Below are positions 17,341 to 26,876 of a stretch of 64,000 nucleotides of DNA, piece after piece (positions within the stretch are counted from its first letter, which is position 1; each line of letters begins with the position of its first letter). The stretch is from Bacillota bacterium. Lineage in GTDB: Bacteria > Bacillota > Sulfobacillia > JAJZYS01 > JAJYTV01. The stretch spans positions 661 through 64,660 of the forward strand of contig JAJZAT010000018.1 in assembly GCA_021799275.1 (NCBI GenBank), read 5' to 3'. Under the pieces are notes generated by a model. It worked only from the letters and a program-made list of their open reading frames with translations, had not been told where the DNA came from and made no database searches. A program made the translations under genes and the position numbers.

Positions 17341-17685
17341 CTACAAGATGGAGCTGGCGACGGTGGTGAGCAGGCCCGCGCCGGCGATGATCGCGGTGCC
17401 GACGAGCACCTTCTTGATGCTCGCGGTGTGGTGTGCGACGCTCTGCGGGTCGTCGTTGAGGTTGCGGGCCAAGGCGTGGTAGGCCGTCATGAGCCCGCCG
17501 CCCGCCGTGCCGAGGCCGCCGACGGCGACCCCACCGCTCTTGAGCGTTGCAAGGATCGGCGAGGTGATCTGACTCACATCCGCCCCAGCGGCGAACGCCG
17601 GGGCGGCAGCCAGGAGCACCGGCACCGAGGCGGCAGCGGCCATGGTGGCGATGCTGCCCACGCGGGTCCAGTTGATCTTCCGCAC
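17341..17685 (-). CDS. VirB2/TrbC-like pilin
   Basis: 114 aa, signal peptide ending AFA, two hydrophobic helices; GGGAGG RBS; first gene of the transfer operon. Confidence 0.7.
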   Translation of the reverse strand: MRKINWTRVGSIATMAAAASVPVLLAAAPAFAAGADVSQITSPILATLKSGGVAVGGLGTAGGGLMTAYHALARNLNDDPQSVAHHTASIKKVLVGTAIIAGAGLLTTVASSIL

Positions 17686-17793
17686 GTGAAACCCTCCCAT
17701 GGATCGGATTCGGATCGGGGCAAGGTCCGGCCGCCCGCGGCGGCATTGGACGCGGCGACAAGGTTTGTGACCAACACCTCCTTTGGACCTCGC

Positions 17794-17834
17794 AACAAAG
17801 AACAAGGGAGGAGCCTCGCGTGAGGTTCCTCCCT
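17794..17834 (-). terminator. Leader terminator upstream of the transfer operon
   Basis: AGGGAGGAACCTC ACGC GAGGCTCCTCCCT TGTTCTTTGTT. Confidence 0.6.
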
Positions 17835-17924
17835 GAGGCGCAGCCTTGGCTAAAACCCGATATCCCGATCGGCGGCCGTCTGGCGAGTCATAAGCGTAGG
17901 CTCCTCTGCGTCGCCCGCCATGAC

Positions 17925-17942
17925 TGTACCCGGATTGTACCC
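17925..17942. repeat. Tandem TGTACCC repeats, candidate integrase arm-type sites
   Basis: tgtaccc at 17925 and 17936, about 100 bp inside the att end. Confidence 0.4.
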
Positions 17943-18035
17943 CAACCTTGCCGAACTCATATAAAATCGGACGGTCACAGGTGAACCCTGCTGAACCGTC
18001 CAATTTTCGCAAACCGTGCTGTAGAGCCTTAAACT

Positions 18036-18121
18036 TGGTGCCGGGGGCGGGACTCGAACCCGCATGGTGTCGCCACCGGAGGATTTTAAGTCCCCTGCGT
18101 CTGCCATTTCGCCACCCCGGC
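18036..18121 (-). tRNA. tRNA-Leu(UAA)
   Basis: GCCGGGGTGGCGAAATGGCAGACGC AGGGGA CTTAAAA TCCTC ...GGGTTCGAGTCCC GCCCCCGGC ACCA; long variable arm. Confidence 0.97.
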
Positions 18122-18130
18122 ACAGTTTGG

Positions 18131-18139
18131 ATTATAGCA
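18131..18139 (-). promoter_or_regulatory. Extended -10 promoter of tRNA-Leu
   Basis: TGcTATAAT about 10 nt upstream of the tRNA. Confidence 0.6.
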
Positions 18140-18162
18140 TCCGCGCTCTGGGCGAAATCGCC

Positions 18163-20259
18163 CTACACCTTCTCGCGCAGAAACTCGAGCGTGCGCTCCC
18201 AGACGAAGCGCCGCTGCTCGAAGCCGCGCACCATGTGGCGCGATTCCGGCAAGGTGGCGATATCGAAGGGCTTGCGCAGTTCGATGAGGCGCGCCAGCAG
18301 CCGCGCCGTGTGCCGAAAGTGCACGTTCTCGTCCACCATACCGTGCACGATGAGCAGATCGCCCTTCAGCCCCTCGAGGTGCTCGAGGACGCTCGCCTCC
18401 TCGTAACCCTCGTGGTTGTCCGCGTCGGTGCCCATGTAGCGCTCGGTGTAGGCGGTGTCGTACCAGCGGAAGTCGGTCACGGGCGCACCGGCGACGCCCG
18501 CCTTGAACACGTCCGGCGCCTTCGTCAGCGCGGTAAGCGTCATGTAGCCGCCGTAGCTCCAGCCGAAGATGCCGACGCGCCCCGGATCCGCCAACCCCTG
18601 GTCGACCAGGGCCTTCACCCCGATGACCTGATCCTCCAGTTCCACGGTGCCGAAGGAGCGGTCTAGCGGCGCCTCGAACGCGAGGCCCCTCCCAGAGCTG
18701 CCGCGGCCGTCCAGCTTAAGGACGAGGTAGCCCCGCTGGGCGAGGTACTGCACGCGCAGATCCGTCGTCATGTCCCAGCTCTTCACCACCATCTGCGCGT
18801 GCGCGCCGCCGTAGACCGAGACGATCAGCGGCAGCGGCCCCTCGACGCCCTCCGGGCGGTAGAGGGCTCCGTGCAGCACGAGACCGTCCGGCCGCGTGAC
18901 GTCGATGAACTCCGGCGGGCGGAGCCCGAGGGCCTCCGCGTCGAGTCCGGGGACATCGTGGATGGAGACGTCGGCGTCGCCTGCCGTGTCGTGCAGGCTG
19001 GTGCGCACCGGGTGCTGCGGCGTCGTCACCTGCAGGACGTAGCGACGGTGATCAGGCGAGAAGACGGCGTGGTTGACACCCTCCTCCGCGGTCAGCCGGG
19101 TAAGGCCGCGCGCGTCCAGTCCGCCCTCGTAGACATGGCGGACGGTGGGGTCCTCGGCGCTGCCCATGCAGCGGAAGACGCCGGTGTTCTGGTCGAAGTC
19201 CAGAAGCTCGTACATGAGATGGCCCTCGGGCGTCACGGCTTTGGTCTCGCCCTGGGCCGACTGCAGGTAAAGGCGCTGGTAGCCGTCCCGTTCGCTGCGG
19301 AACAGGATGGAGCCGTCATCAAGGAAGCGCGTCGCGTCGTTGACGTTGAACCAGGGGAGGCTCTCTTCCTGCCAGAGGATCTCACCGACGCGGTCCCCTT
19401 CGCGGTAGAGCCGCCAGTGGGCGTGCTGCTGCTCGCGGTCGCACCAGAGAACCATCAGGCCCCGCCCGGTCCAGGCGACACGCAGGATGTACTCGCCATG
19501 ACCCTCGAGCCAGGCGATCTCGCCACCCGCCGCCGGCACGACGCCCAGGGCGACCTTCGCGTTCTCCTGGCCGACAAACGCGTAATGGTGCTCTTCGAGC
19601 CAAGGATCGCCCGACCCCTGGTGCACGATCGTGTAGAGCGGGATGTGCCGCTCGTCCACACGGCAGAACGCGATCTGCTCTCCCCCGGGGGAGACCCAGA
19701 AACCCTCGTCGCGGTCGAGCTCCTCCTGGGCGGCGTATTCCGCGAGGCCGAAGCTGAGCCCGGGCTCCGCCTGCTGCGTCAGCTGGGTGACGGCGCCGCT
19801 GCCGAGGTCCAGCACCTTCAGGTTGCCTTCCTCGACGTAGGCCACCTTCCTGCCGTCCGGAAACAGCCTGGGGGCTTCGGCGTGGGCAAGCGCCGGGATG
19901 GCTTCCAGCGTGCCCCGCACCGGCCCTGCGAGCATCTCGTCGCCGCGCCGCACGAGCAGGGTGTCCTGCGCCACGTCGAAGAAGGTCACGCCCACATAGG
20001 CCTGCCGCATGCGTTCACGGCGCAGTTGCTCGGCAAGCGACGTGGGCTGCGACTGGCCCTGGGCGGCGACCACGACACGGCCCTCGCGCCTCGGGATCTC
20101 ATAGAGCCAGAGATCCTGGGCCAGTTCGCCCTGGCGCGGCTGCACATAGAGAACGCCGCTCCCATCCGGCAGGAAGCGGAGAGATCCTGGATTGCCCCAA
20201 CCAGGGGGCGGCAGTTGCGCGATGTCGTCGAGCGTCACCGGGTCAAAGCGCCTTTGCAC
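18163..20259 (-). CDS. S9 family dipeptidyl peptidase IV
   Basis: GWSYGG nucleophile, HGMVDENVH, DPPIV N-terminal propeller. Confidence 0.93.
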   Translation of the reverse strand: MQRRFDPVTLDDIAQLPPPGWGNPGSLRFLPDGSGVLYVQPRQGELAQDLWLYEIPRREGRVVVAAQGQSQPTSLAEQLRRERMRQAYVGVTFFDVAQDTLLVRRGDEMLAGPVRGTLEAIPALAHAEAPRLFPDGRKVAYVEEGNLKVLDLGSGAVTQLTQQAEPGLSFGLAEYAAQEELDRDEGFWVSPGGEQIAFCRVDERHIPLYTIVHQGSGDPWLEEHHYAFVGQENAKVALGVVPAAGGEIAWLEGHGEYILRVAWTGRGLMVLWCDREQQHAHWRLYREGDRVGEILWQEESLPWFNVNDATRFLDDGSILFRSERDGYQRLYLQSAQGETKAVTPEGHLMYELLDFDQNTGVFRCMGSAEDPTVRHVYEGGLDARGLTRLTAEEGVNHAVFSPDHRRYVLQVTTPQHPVRTSLHDTAGDADVSIHDVPGLDAEALGLRPPEFIDVTRPDGLVLHGALYRPEGVEGPLPLIVSVYGGAHAQMVVKSWDMTTDLRVQYLAQRGYLVLKLDGRGSSGRGLAFEAPLDRSFGTVELEDQVIGVKALVDQGLADPGRVGIFGWSYGGYMTLTALTKAPDVFKAGVAGAPVTDFRWYDTAYTERYMGTDADNHEGYEEASVLEHLEGLKGDLLIVHGMVDENVHFRHTARLLARLIELRKPFDIATLPESRHMVRGFEQRRFVWERTLEFLREKV

Positions 20260-20401
20260 GGGGCGATATGCCTCCTTATTTGCTTACAGGAGGCACTTCG
20301 CCGGTCCAGGATGGATCCCTGTCCTCTGACCAGTGCGAGGACCGTTCGGTCGGGCGCTGAGGCCTTGTGGAACGGAGCCTGCCGTCCCGGAGGAAGGCTT
20401 C

Positions 20402-21673
20402 TCAGGCCGGGTCCAGTTCCGCCAGGATAAGACTCTCTTCGGCGAGCACCGCGGGGCTGTGTCGCAGCGCGAGCCTCGCCTCCTCGAGTCGCGCCCGGCG
20501 CGTCGGCGCCGTCACGAGCGAGATCGTCGCGGGCCCGCCGAGGTGCATCGGCTGCCGCACCGAACGCAGGGCAACTCCCGCCGCCGCGAAAGCTTGGGCC
20601 ACCCGCGCCAGCGCGTCCGGCTCGTCGCGCAGCCGCAGCCGCAGGTAGTACGAGTGGGCGTGCTGACCGAGCGGTACGAGCGGGGCGGGCTCACGCGGCA
20701 GGGCCACGCTGCGGCCGCCCACGCGGCGCGAGCGGGCGGCGTCGATGATGTCGCCGATCACCGCCGAGCTGGTCGCGGGGCCACCGGCGCCGGGTCCCTG
20801 AAAGATCAGTTCGCCGATCGGCTCGCCTCGCACATAGATTGCGTTCTGCGCCCCCTGGACGTCCGCGAGCGGATGACCGAGCGGGATCAGCGTCGGGGAG
20901 ACGCCCAGCGTCAGCCCATCCGGCGTCGCCTCGGCCCGGGCGATCAGCTTGATGACGCCGCCCAGGCTCCTCGCCTCGGCGACGTCGAGCTCGCTCAGGC
21001 CGCGGATGCCCTCCTTCGCCACGGCGTCGACGTCGACCCAGCCGCCGAAGGCGAGCGACGCGAGGATCGCGATCTTGCGCACCGCATCCACGGCGTCGAG
21101 ATCGTCGCCCGGCTCCGCCTCCGCGTAACCGAGCCGCGTCGCCTCCTCGAGCGCCTCCTCGAGGCTCCCGCCCTGCTGCTGCATGCGGCAGAGGATGTAG
21201 TTCGTGGTGCCGTTGACGATGCCGTAGATCGCCTTGAGCCGGTTGCCCGCCAGGGACTCCTGGAGCGAGCGGATGATCGGGATGCCGCCAGCGACCGCCG
21301 CCTCGAAGAGGAAGTCCGCACCCGGCTGCGCCGTCAGCGAAAGCAGTGGGCCGGACCTCGCCACAACCTCCTTGTTCGCGGTGACGACGGACTTGCCGGC
21401 CCTGAGGGCCGCCTCGATCAAGCTCCTCGCCGGCTCGAACCCCCCCACCAGCTCGACGACGATCTCGATGTCGGGATCTCCAAGAATGTCCTCCGCGACG
21501 AACGTGATGCGGCTCTGCATGCCGACCGGGCGCTGCTTATGCTGGTCTCGCACCAGGATGCGCGACACCTCGACGTCTTCGCCGAGCCTGGAGCGGAACA
21601 GTTCGCGCTCGCCGTCGAGCGCCTCCACGACATGCCGCCCCACCGTTCCCAGGCCGACCACCGCTATGCGCAT
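20402..21673 (-). CDS. hom: Homoserine dehydrogenase (with ACT domain)
   Basis: GLGTVG, VVTANK, EAAVAGGIP, NGTTNYIL, GPGAGG motifs. Confidence 0.95.
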   Translation of the reverse strand: MRIAVVGLGTVGRHVVEALDGERELFRSRLGEDVEVSRILVRDQHKQRPVGMQSRITFVAEDILGDPDIEIVVELVGGFEPARSLIEAALRAGKSVVTANKEVVARSGPLLSLTAQPGADFLFEAAVAGGIPIIRSLQESLAGNRLKAIYGIVNGTTNYILCRMQQQGGSLEEALEEATRLGYAEAEPGDDLDAVDAVRKIAILASLAFGGWVDVDAVAKEGIRGLSELDVAEARSLGGVIKLIARAEATPDGLTLGVSPTLIPLGHPLADVQGAQNAIYVRGEPIGELIFQGPGAGGPATSSAVIGDIIDAARSRRVGGRSVALPREPAPLVPLGQHAHSYYLRLRLRDEPDALARVAQAFAAAGVALRSVRQPMHLGGPATISLVTAPTRRARLEEARLALRHSPAVLAEESLILAELDPA

Positions 21674-21767
21674 CTCAGACCTCCGCTTCCCGTTCTCGCG
21701 GCTATTGTAGCGGATCGCCCCCAGGCCAGGTAGCCAAGCCACCGGCGGAACGGAATGCTAGGATGGC

Positions 21768-22748
21768 ATGGGAGGTGTTGGCCTCTTGGCACGACTGATA
21801 CGGGAAGCGGAAGTGGATGCTCTCCTGACCATGGACGAGGCGATCGCCGCCGTCCGCGAACTGGCGAAGGTACAGGGCGAGGTGGGCCTGCAGGAGGAAC
21901 CGCGCAGGCGCCTGCGCACGTCGGGAGCGATCCTCTCGGACCTCTTCGCGGGGCACCCTGCGCTCGGCCTCATCGGCGGCAAAGTCTACGTGGTGGCGAA
22001 GGAGGGCGGCGTGCGCTTTCTGGTGCAAGTCTTCTCGGAGCGGGACGGCAGGCTGCTCGGCCTGATCGAAGGTAATCGCCTGGGCCAGCTTAGGACCGGA
22101 GCCGCCTCGGCCGTCGCCACGGACGCGCTCGCCAATCCGGACGCGAGCCGTTTCGGCATGGTAGGCGCCGGTTACCAGGCCGAGACCCAGCTCGAGGCGA
22201 TCGCGCGCGTGCGCCGTCTCAAGGAGGCCCAGGTGTACGCCCGCAACCGGGACCGGCTGGAGGACTTCTGCCGGCGCATGAGCGAGCGTATCGGCCTTGA
22301 CGTGACACCTGCGGCCAGCCTCGACGAGGCGGTGGCAGGCAAGGACATCGTCGTGACCGCCACGTCCGCGCACGAACCCGTCCTGTTCGGGCGCCAGATC
22401 GAGCCCGGGCAGCACATCAACGCGGTCGGCTCGAACCGCCTGCACGAGCGCGAGCTCGACGGACCGGCCGTGCTGCGCGCGGCGGTCGTGGTGGTGGACT
22501 CGCGTCCCACGGCGAAGGCCGAGGCCGGAGATCTCACGCCGCTCGCCGCGCGCGGCGAGATCGACGCGGAGGAGCTCCCGAACCTCGGCGAAGTGGTGGC
22601 CGGCAAGCGCCCTGGACGCCGGCATCCGGACGACGTCACCCTCTTCCTCTCGCAGGGCATCGCCGCCTGGGACCTCGCGGTGGCCGCCGTGGTGCTGCGT
22701 CGCGCCGAGGCCGCGGGCATCGGCCAGGAGGTGGACCTCCTCTCGTGA
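21768..22748 (+). CDS. Ornithine cyclodeaminase/mu-crystallin family protein
   Basis: LRTGAAS, GAGYQA, HINAVGS, F.SQG.A..D motifs. Confidence 0.9.
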   Translation: MGGVGLLARLIREAEVDALLTMDEAIAAVRELAKVQGEVGLQEEPRRRLRTSGAILSDLFAGHPALGLIGGKVYVVAKEGGVRFLVQVFSERDGRLLGLIEGNRLGQLRTGAASAVATDALANPDASRFGMVGAGYQAETQLEAIARVRRLKEAQVYARNRDRLEDFCRRMSERIGLDVTPAASLDEAVAGKDIVVTATSAHEPVLFGRQIEPGQHINAVGSNRLHERELDGPAVLRAAVVVVDSRPTAKAEAGDLTPLAARGEIDAEELPNLGEVVAGKRPGRRHPDDVTLFLSQGIAAWDLAVAAVVLRRAEAAGIGQEVDLLS

Positions 22749-23563
22749 GCAGCCATCTCGAAGCGGACCTGGGGGGCGGCAGGCGGGCAAGCCTGCAGGA
22801 GTTCGGGCACGAAGGCGAGGTGGTGCTGCTCCTGCCCGGCGCCGGCGCCGATCGCATGGCATTGGGCCTACAGGGTCGCGCGCTGCAGGCCGCGGGCTAC
22901 CGCGCCCTCTCGCTCGACTACCCCGGCCTCGGGCTCGCCGAGGGACCGCTGCCGCGGGACGTCCCCGATCTCGCCCGCTACGCCTTCGCGGCGCTCGACG
23001 CCTTGGGCGTTCACCGCTGCCACATTCTCGGCCAATCCCTCGGATCCGCTGTCGCCCAGGAGATGGCCCTGCTGGAGCCCTCGCGCGCCGCATCCTTGAT
23101 GCTGCTCGCGACCTGGGGCCGCCAGGACGGCTTTCTCGAGCTGCGCGGCCGCATCGTCGCGCTGATCGTGCGCCAGCCGATCGAGGAGCGCCTCGCCATG
23201 CTGCCATACTTCATGGCGTCGCGCACCCTGCTCGCGAGCCTGGGCCAGAGCGGCGGGGCCAGCCTCGGTCTGCGCGGCAGCCAGGCGGTCAGCGACGAGA
23301 CCATGGCGCGCTACCTCGAACTCGCCCGCGACACGGACAGGCTCCAAAGACTCGCCGGGCTGCGCCTGCCCTGCCTCGTGCTGGGAGGCGAGCGCGACCT
23401 CATGACCCCCTGGGACTACGGCAAGGAGGTGGCGGACGCCATCCCCGACGCGCGCTTCCACCTGCTCGAGGGCCCCCGCTCCTCGCACCTCTTCCACTAC
23501 GAGCTCGCCGAGGAGACGAACCGGGAGATCCTGAACTTCCTCCACCGTGTCGCCACGTCCTGA
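22745..23563 (+). CDS. Alpha/beta hydrolase
   Basis: GQSLG nucleophile, GERDLMTP Asp, SSH His. Confidence 0.88.
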   Translation: MSSHLEADLGGGRRASLQEFGHEGEVVLLLPGAGADRMALGLQGRALQAAGYRALSLDYPGLGLAEGPLPRDVPDLARYAFAALDALGVHRCHILGQSLGSAVAQEMALLEPSRAASLMLLATWGRQDGFLELRGRIVALIVRQPIEERLAMLPYFMASRTLLASLGQSGGASLGLRGSQAVSDETMARYLELARDTDRLQRLAGLRLPCLVLGGERDLMTPWDYGKEVADAIPDARFHLLEGPRSSHLFHYELAEETNREILNFLHRVATS

Positions 23564-23578
23564 AAGGGGGCCGGTCGG

Positions 23579-23812
23579 TTGGCATCGCTGTCGGAACTTC
23601 CCGAGAAGGAACGCCGCTTCGCCCTGAAACTCGCCTACTGGTCCTGGTTCTCGCTCTTCCTTGGCGCCCTCGGCATCATCCTGTGGCTGCGCAAGGTGCT
23701 GCCGACGGGCCTGCTGCCGATCGCCTTCGTCTTCGTGCTCCTCTTTGTCGCGCAGGAGATCTGGCAATCGTTCTACATCCGCCGGGTGCTCAGGCGAACG
23801 AAGGGCAAGTAA
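23579..23812 (+). CDS. Small membrane protein
   Basis: 77 aa, two TM helices, AAAGGGGG RBS. Confidence 0.65.
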   Translation: MASLSELPEKERRFALKLAYWSWFSLFLGALGIILWLRKVLPTGLLPIAFVFVLLFVAQEIWQSFYIRRVLRRTKGK

Positions 23813-23853
23813 GAATGCCCCCGCCAGCGGCAGGGGGCATCACCTTGGTCGTC

Positions 23854-24951
23854 TCAGGCGCTGGTCGAGTGGCGCAGGCGGCGTTCGGCCGCCTCGCGGA
23901 TCGCGTCGATCTCCTCTTCCGGAATCGCATGCTCAAAGCGCCTGAATCCCGCCACCGAGAAGCCGTTGCGCCTCGCCATCTCACGGATCTCCCGCACCCG
24001 CTCCGGGCGGATGTCGAGTCCGAGCGTGTACGGCTCGTAGCGCCGCTCGAGCGTCAGAATCATCGTCTCCGCGATGCAGGCCTCGGCATAGCCCGGCGGG
24101 AAGCCGAAGTCGAAATGGAAATCCACCTTGCCCGGCACCGCGATGACGCCGCCGTCGATGACCAGGACGTCGCGGCGGCGCTCGTACACCTTCTCCGACA
24201 CGTTGCGCGGCCTTGCCACGTCGCAGACGACCGACCCCGGTCGCAGGTCCTCGGGCTCAAGCAGGACGCCGGTGGCCGACGAGACGGTGAGGACGACGTC
24301 GGCGGTCTTGGCCGCCACCCGTGCGTCGGTGCCGATCGTGACGTCGGTGTAGGTGCCAAGGTCGTCGATGCTGCGCTTGATGGCCTGAAGCTTGTCGACG
24401 CGCCGGCCGATCAGGCTCAGGCGGCGCACCGATCCCGCCATCGCCGCGGCGACGGCCTGCCCGATGGCACCGGTCGCGCCCACGACGCACGCCTCCGCTT
24501 CCTGCGCCGGGATGCCCATGCGCTCCGCGGCGAGCAGGGCGCCGTCGACGGCCGATGCGGCCGTATAGGAGTTGCCGGTCGTGACGGGGATGTCGAGAGA
24601 CTTCGCCACCGAGACGCCGCGATCGCCCACCACCTTCGTGAAGGCGCCGAGCCCGACGATGCCTGCGCCGAGATCCTCGGCGAGCCTGCCTGCGCGAACG
24701 AGGCGCGGCAGGATCTCCTCGCGGAACGACATCTTCACCATGAGGTTGGCCGACACGGGCACGACGATGAACCAGCCCTCGGCCTCCACCCCGGTGGGCG
24801 AGCGCAAACCGGTGATGTGCGACGCCTTGTAGGGCGGCAGATGGCTGAAGCTCTTCTCGACGAACGATTCGGAGAAGAGCCGGAGCGCAGGGTACTTGCG
24901 GGTGAAGTCATCGAAGCGCAGTGGATGAAGAACGAACGCGAAGCGCTCCAA
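23854..24951 (-). CDS. Shikimate-dehydrogenase-like / acyl-ACP reductase-like NAD(P)-dependent oxidoreductase
   Basis: FAFVLHP, GLGAFT, TTGNSYT, VGATGAIG, DVARPRN, ACIAET motifs. Confidence 0.8.
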   Translation of the reverse strand: MERFAFVLHPLRFDDFTRKYPALRLFSESFVEKSFSHLPPYKASHITGLRSPTGVEAEGWFIVVPVSANLMVKMSFREEILPRLVRAGRLAEDLGAGIVGLGAFTKVVGDRGVSVAKSLDIPVTTGNSYTAASAVDGALLAAERMGIPAQEAEACVVGATGAIGQAVAAAMAGSVRRLSLIGRRVDKLQAIKRSIDDLGTYTDVTIGTDARVAAKTADVVLTVSSATGVLLEPEDLRPGSVVCDVARPRNVSEKVYERRRDVLVIDGGVIAVPGKVDFHFDFGFPPGYAEACIAETMILTLERRYEPYTLGLDIRPERVREIREMARRNGFSVAGFRRFEHAIPEEEIDAIREAAERRLRHSTSA

Positions 24952-25022
24952 CGGTCTACCTCTCCCGTCGTGTGCACAAATCTGTGCACATGGTACCAGA
25001 AGCGAGCCGTCCGTGCAAAGCG

Positions 25023-25355
25023 CTACGCCTCGAGCAACTGTCCCGTCATGGGGTCGAGCGCGACGGTGCGCCCGTCCGCCAGGGATACCAAAAGCGTGTC
25101 GCCCTCTGCGGCCAAGGCGCTGCAGACGGAGCCCGCGAGCCGCTGGTCAACCCGCCACATCTCCCGCGCGGCGTCCGGGACGCCGAAGACGTTGCGGTCC
25201 TGCATCGTATAGGGATCTGGCTCGCAGCGGATGGCCACGACCTCCCTGAACCCGACCACTTGCGCGATCCCGGTCGGGAAGGTGACGGTCCGCTTGGCCC
25301 CGCCTGGCAGAGCCACGCGCAGAGTCCGCTCCTGCACTCGAACCTTGGTCAACAT
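25023..25355 (-). CDS. Hypothetical protein
   Basis: 110 aa, AGAAAGGG RBS-like motif. Confidence 0.55.
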   Translation of the reverse strand: MLTKVRVQERTLRVALPGGAKRTVTFPTGIAQVVGFREVVAIRCEPDPYTMQDRNVFGVPDAAREMWRVDQRLAGSVCSALAAEGDTLLVSLADGRTVALDPMTGQLLEA

Positions 25356-25440
25356 GCGCAGCAGGGCCCTTTCTGTCGACTGGCATACTTAATTTGCCAT
25401 CTGGACCAGGGTTGCGCAAGCCTCCGGCGCTCTCAGGCCA

Positions 25441-25469
25441 TAAAAAGGGCGTCCCACTCGGGACGCCCG
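25441..25469 (-). terminator. Intrinsic terminator
   Basis: GGGCGTCCC GAGT GGGACGCCC TTTTT. Confidence 0.8.
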
Positions 25470-25486
25470 CAATGTTCGGATGTGGA

Positions 25487-25960
25487 TCAGAGCGAGCCCT
25501 CGCCGCGGCCCCGGTGACCGCCCCGCCGCGAGTCGTGATGGCGACGCAGATCTGCCTGCTTGTCCTCGCTCTCCTTCATGAACCGGGCCAGCCGGTCCTC
25601 GAAGTTCTGCGGACGAGCCGGTCCGCGTCCATGACCGCCGCCACCGCCGCCGCCGCCACCGCCGAATCCTCCGCTGCGCGGACGAACCGCGGAAGCCCCG
25701 GGCTTGGCTTGGCGAATGGAGAGAGCGATCTTCTGGTTGCCATCGTAGGACAGGATCTTGACCTTGACCTGATCCTGCTCCTTGACGAAATCCTTGATGT
25801 CGTTGACATAGGAGTCCGCCACCTCGGAGATGTGGACAAGTCCCGTCTTGCCGCCTGGCAGCAACACGAAAGCGCCGAAGCGCGTGATGCCGGTCACCAC
25901 GCCATCGACTACGGAACCGACGACGATCTCTTCCTCCGCCAAAGTCTCCCCGCTTTCCAA
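25487..25960 (-). CDS. yabR: S1 RNA-binding domain protein
   Basis: GITRFGAFV...GLVHISEVA...FEDRLARFMKESED; synteny. Confidence 0.9.
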   Translation of the reverse strand: MESGETLAEEEIVVGSVVDGVVTGITRFGAFVLLPGGKTGLVHISEVADSYVNDIKDFVKEQDQVKVKILSYDGNQKIALSIRQAKPGASAVRPRSGGFGGGGGGGGGGHGRGPARPQNFEDRLARFMKESEDKQADLRRHHDSRRGGHRGRGEGSL

Positions 25961-26105
25961 GCTGGGCTGATGCGCCCAATACCTCTGATACGAAGTTTAG
26001 CGAGGTTCCGCTCGTCCAGTCAAGCAAGCAGGTCCATAGCGCCCGCCGCACAGCGAGTAGACCGGACGCGAGCATCGCGGATTGGGACCGCCGCCGCCGC
26101 GGCAC

Positions 26106-26423
26106 TTAGAACGTGATGACCTGATAGCCTTCATTTACTAGGCGGACGATGTCCTCGCCGACATGCTTCAAGGTGACCGGGGCCCTGCTCAGCTCATCCT
26201 TGATCCGCTTCTGCTCGGCGTGCGCCTGGCAAGCCAGCGGAAGGATGCCCCGAGCGGTGAACGGCTGTGCGCCCTCCACGTGGCCCGGGTCGGTCGGCAG
26301 TTCCACGGCGCTGCCGAAGAAGATCAGGGCGACCTTCTCGACTTCCGGCAGGTTGCTCGCACCCGACGCGACCCCGCGCGCGGATTGCACGCGTGTCGGA
26401 TCTTCCTTGCCGGCGTTCAGCAA
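26106..26423 (-). CDS. DsrE-like small protein (5' end uncertain)
   Basis: LIFFGSAV...PLACQAHA...GYQVITF; probable true GTG start near 26440 is out of frame. Confidence 0.6.
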   Translation of the reverse strand: MLNAGKEDPTRVQSARGVASGASNLPEVEKVALIFFGSAVELPTDPGHVEGAQPFTARGILPLACQAHAEQKRIKDELSRAPVTLKHVGEDIVRLVNEGYQVITF

Positions 26424-26486
26424 GACCAGGATGCGCTCACCTGGCCTCCCCCTGCAGACATTGGCGTAACCCGAATTCGGGCGCCG

Positions 26487-26876
26487 TCACTTCTGTACGG
26501 TGATCACCACAGGCGTGCCGCTCTTGGGCGCGTAGTGCAGGACCTGGCGCACCGCCTGAGCCTCGCCGGTCTGGGTCTTGAGCTGCCTGAGTTCGCTCTT
26601 CAGCTGCGCGGCGTGTCCGTTGACCGCATGCAGCCTCTGCAGCATCTGGCTCTCCTGGGCCTGGACGTGCAGCAACTGCAGCTCACCGATCGCCCCCGCT
26701 CCCACCAGATAGGCGATCGCGGCCGCAAACATCAGGCGGCCGAAGCGCAAGCGCACGCGGCGTCTGGCCTTGCGTCGCGGCCGGCTCTGCCTCTCCTCCT
26801 TCTCCACCGGCGCCTTGCGCGTCGGCGCAGGTGCACGAAGGACCGCGAGGCCGATCGCGTCAGCTGCCTTCGCCAA
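26487..26876 (-). CDS. divIC: Septum formation initiator, DivIC/FtsB family
   Basis: Basic N-terminus, TM, coiled coil, AVRQVLHYAPKSG; synteny after yabQ. Confidence 0.75.
   Translation of the reverse strand: MAKAADAIGLAVLRAPAPTRKAPVEKEERQSRPRRKARRRVRLRFGRLMFAAAIAYLVGAGAIGELQLLHVQAQESQMLQRLHAVNGHAAQLKSELRQLKTQTGEAQAVRQVLHYAPKSGTPVVITVQK

Larger units (their letters stand above)
1..18035 (-). mobile_element. Integrative conjugative element (partial, decayed) at the tRNA-Leu 3' end
   Basis: Type IV secretion genes, TA pair, recombinases and pseudogenes end at the tRNA CCA; the other att site, integrase and relaxase are not in this window. Confidence 0.8.

Noticed and set aside
17574-17798. 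Leader ORF after the strong AAAGGAGG motif
   Set aside because: No canonical start at proper spacing, and it overlaps the pilin out of frame
17850-18123. ORFs running through tRNA-Leu, including an N-terminal extension of the pilin
   Set aside because: They overlap a clear tRNA; the pilin has its own RBS and GTG at 17685
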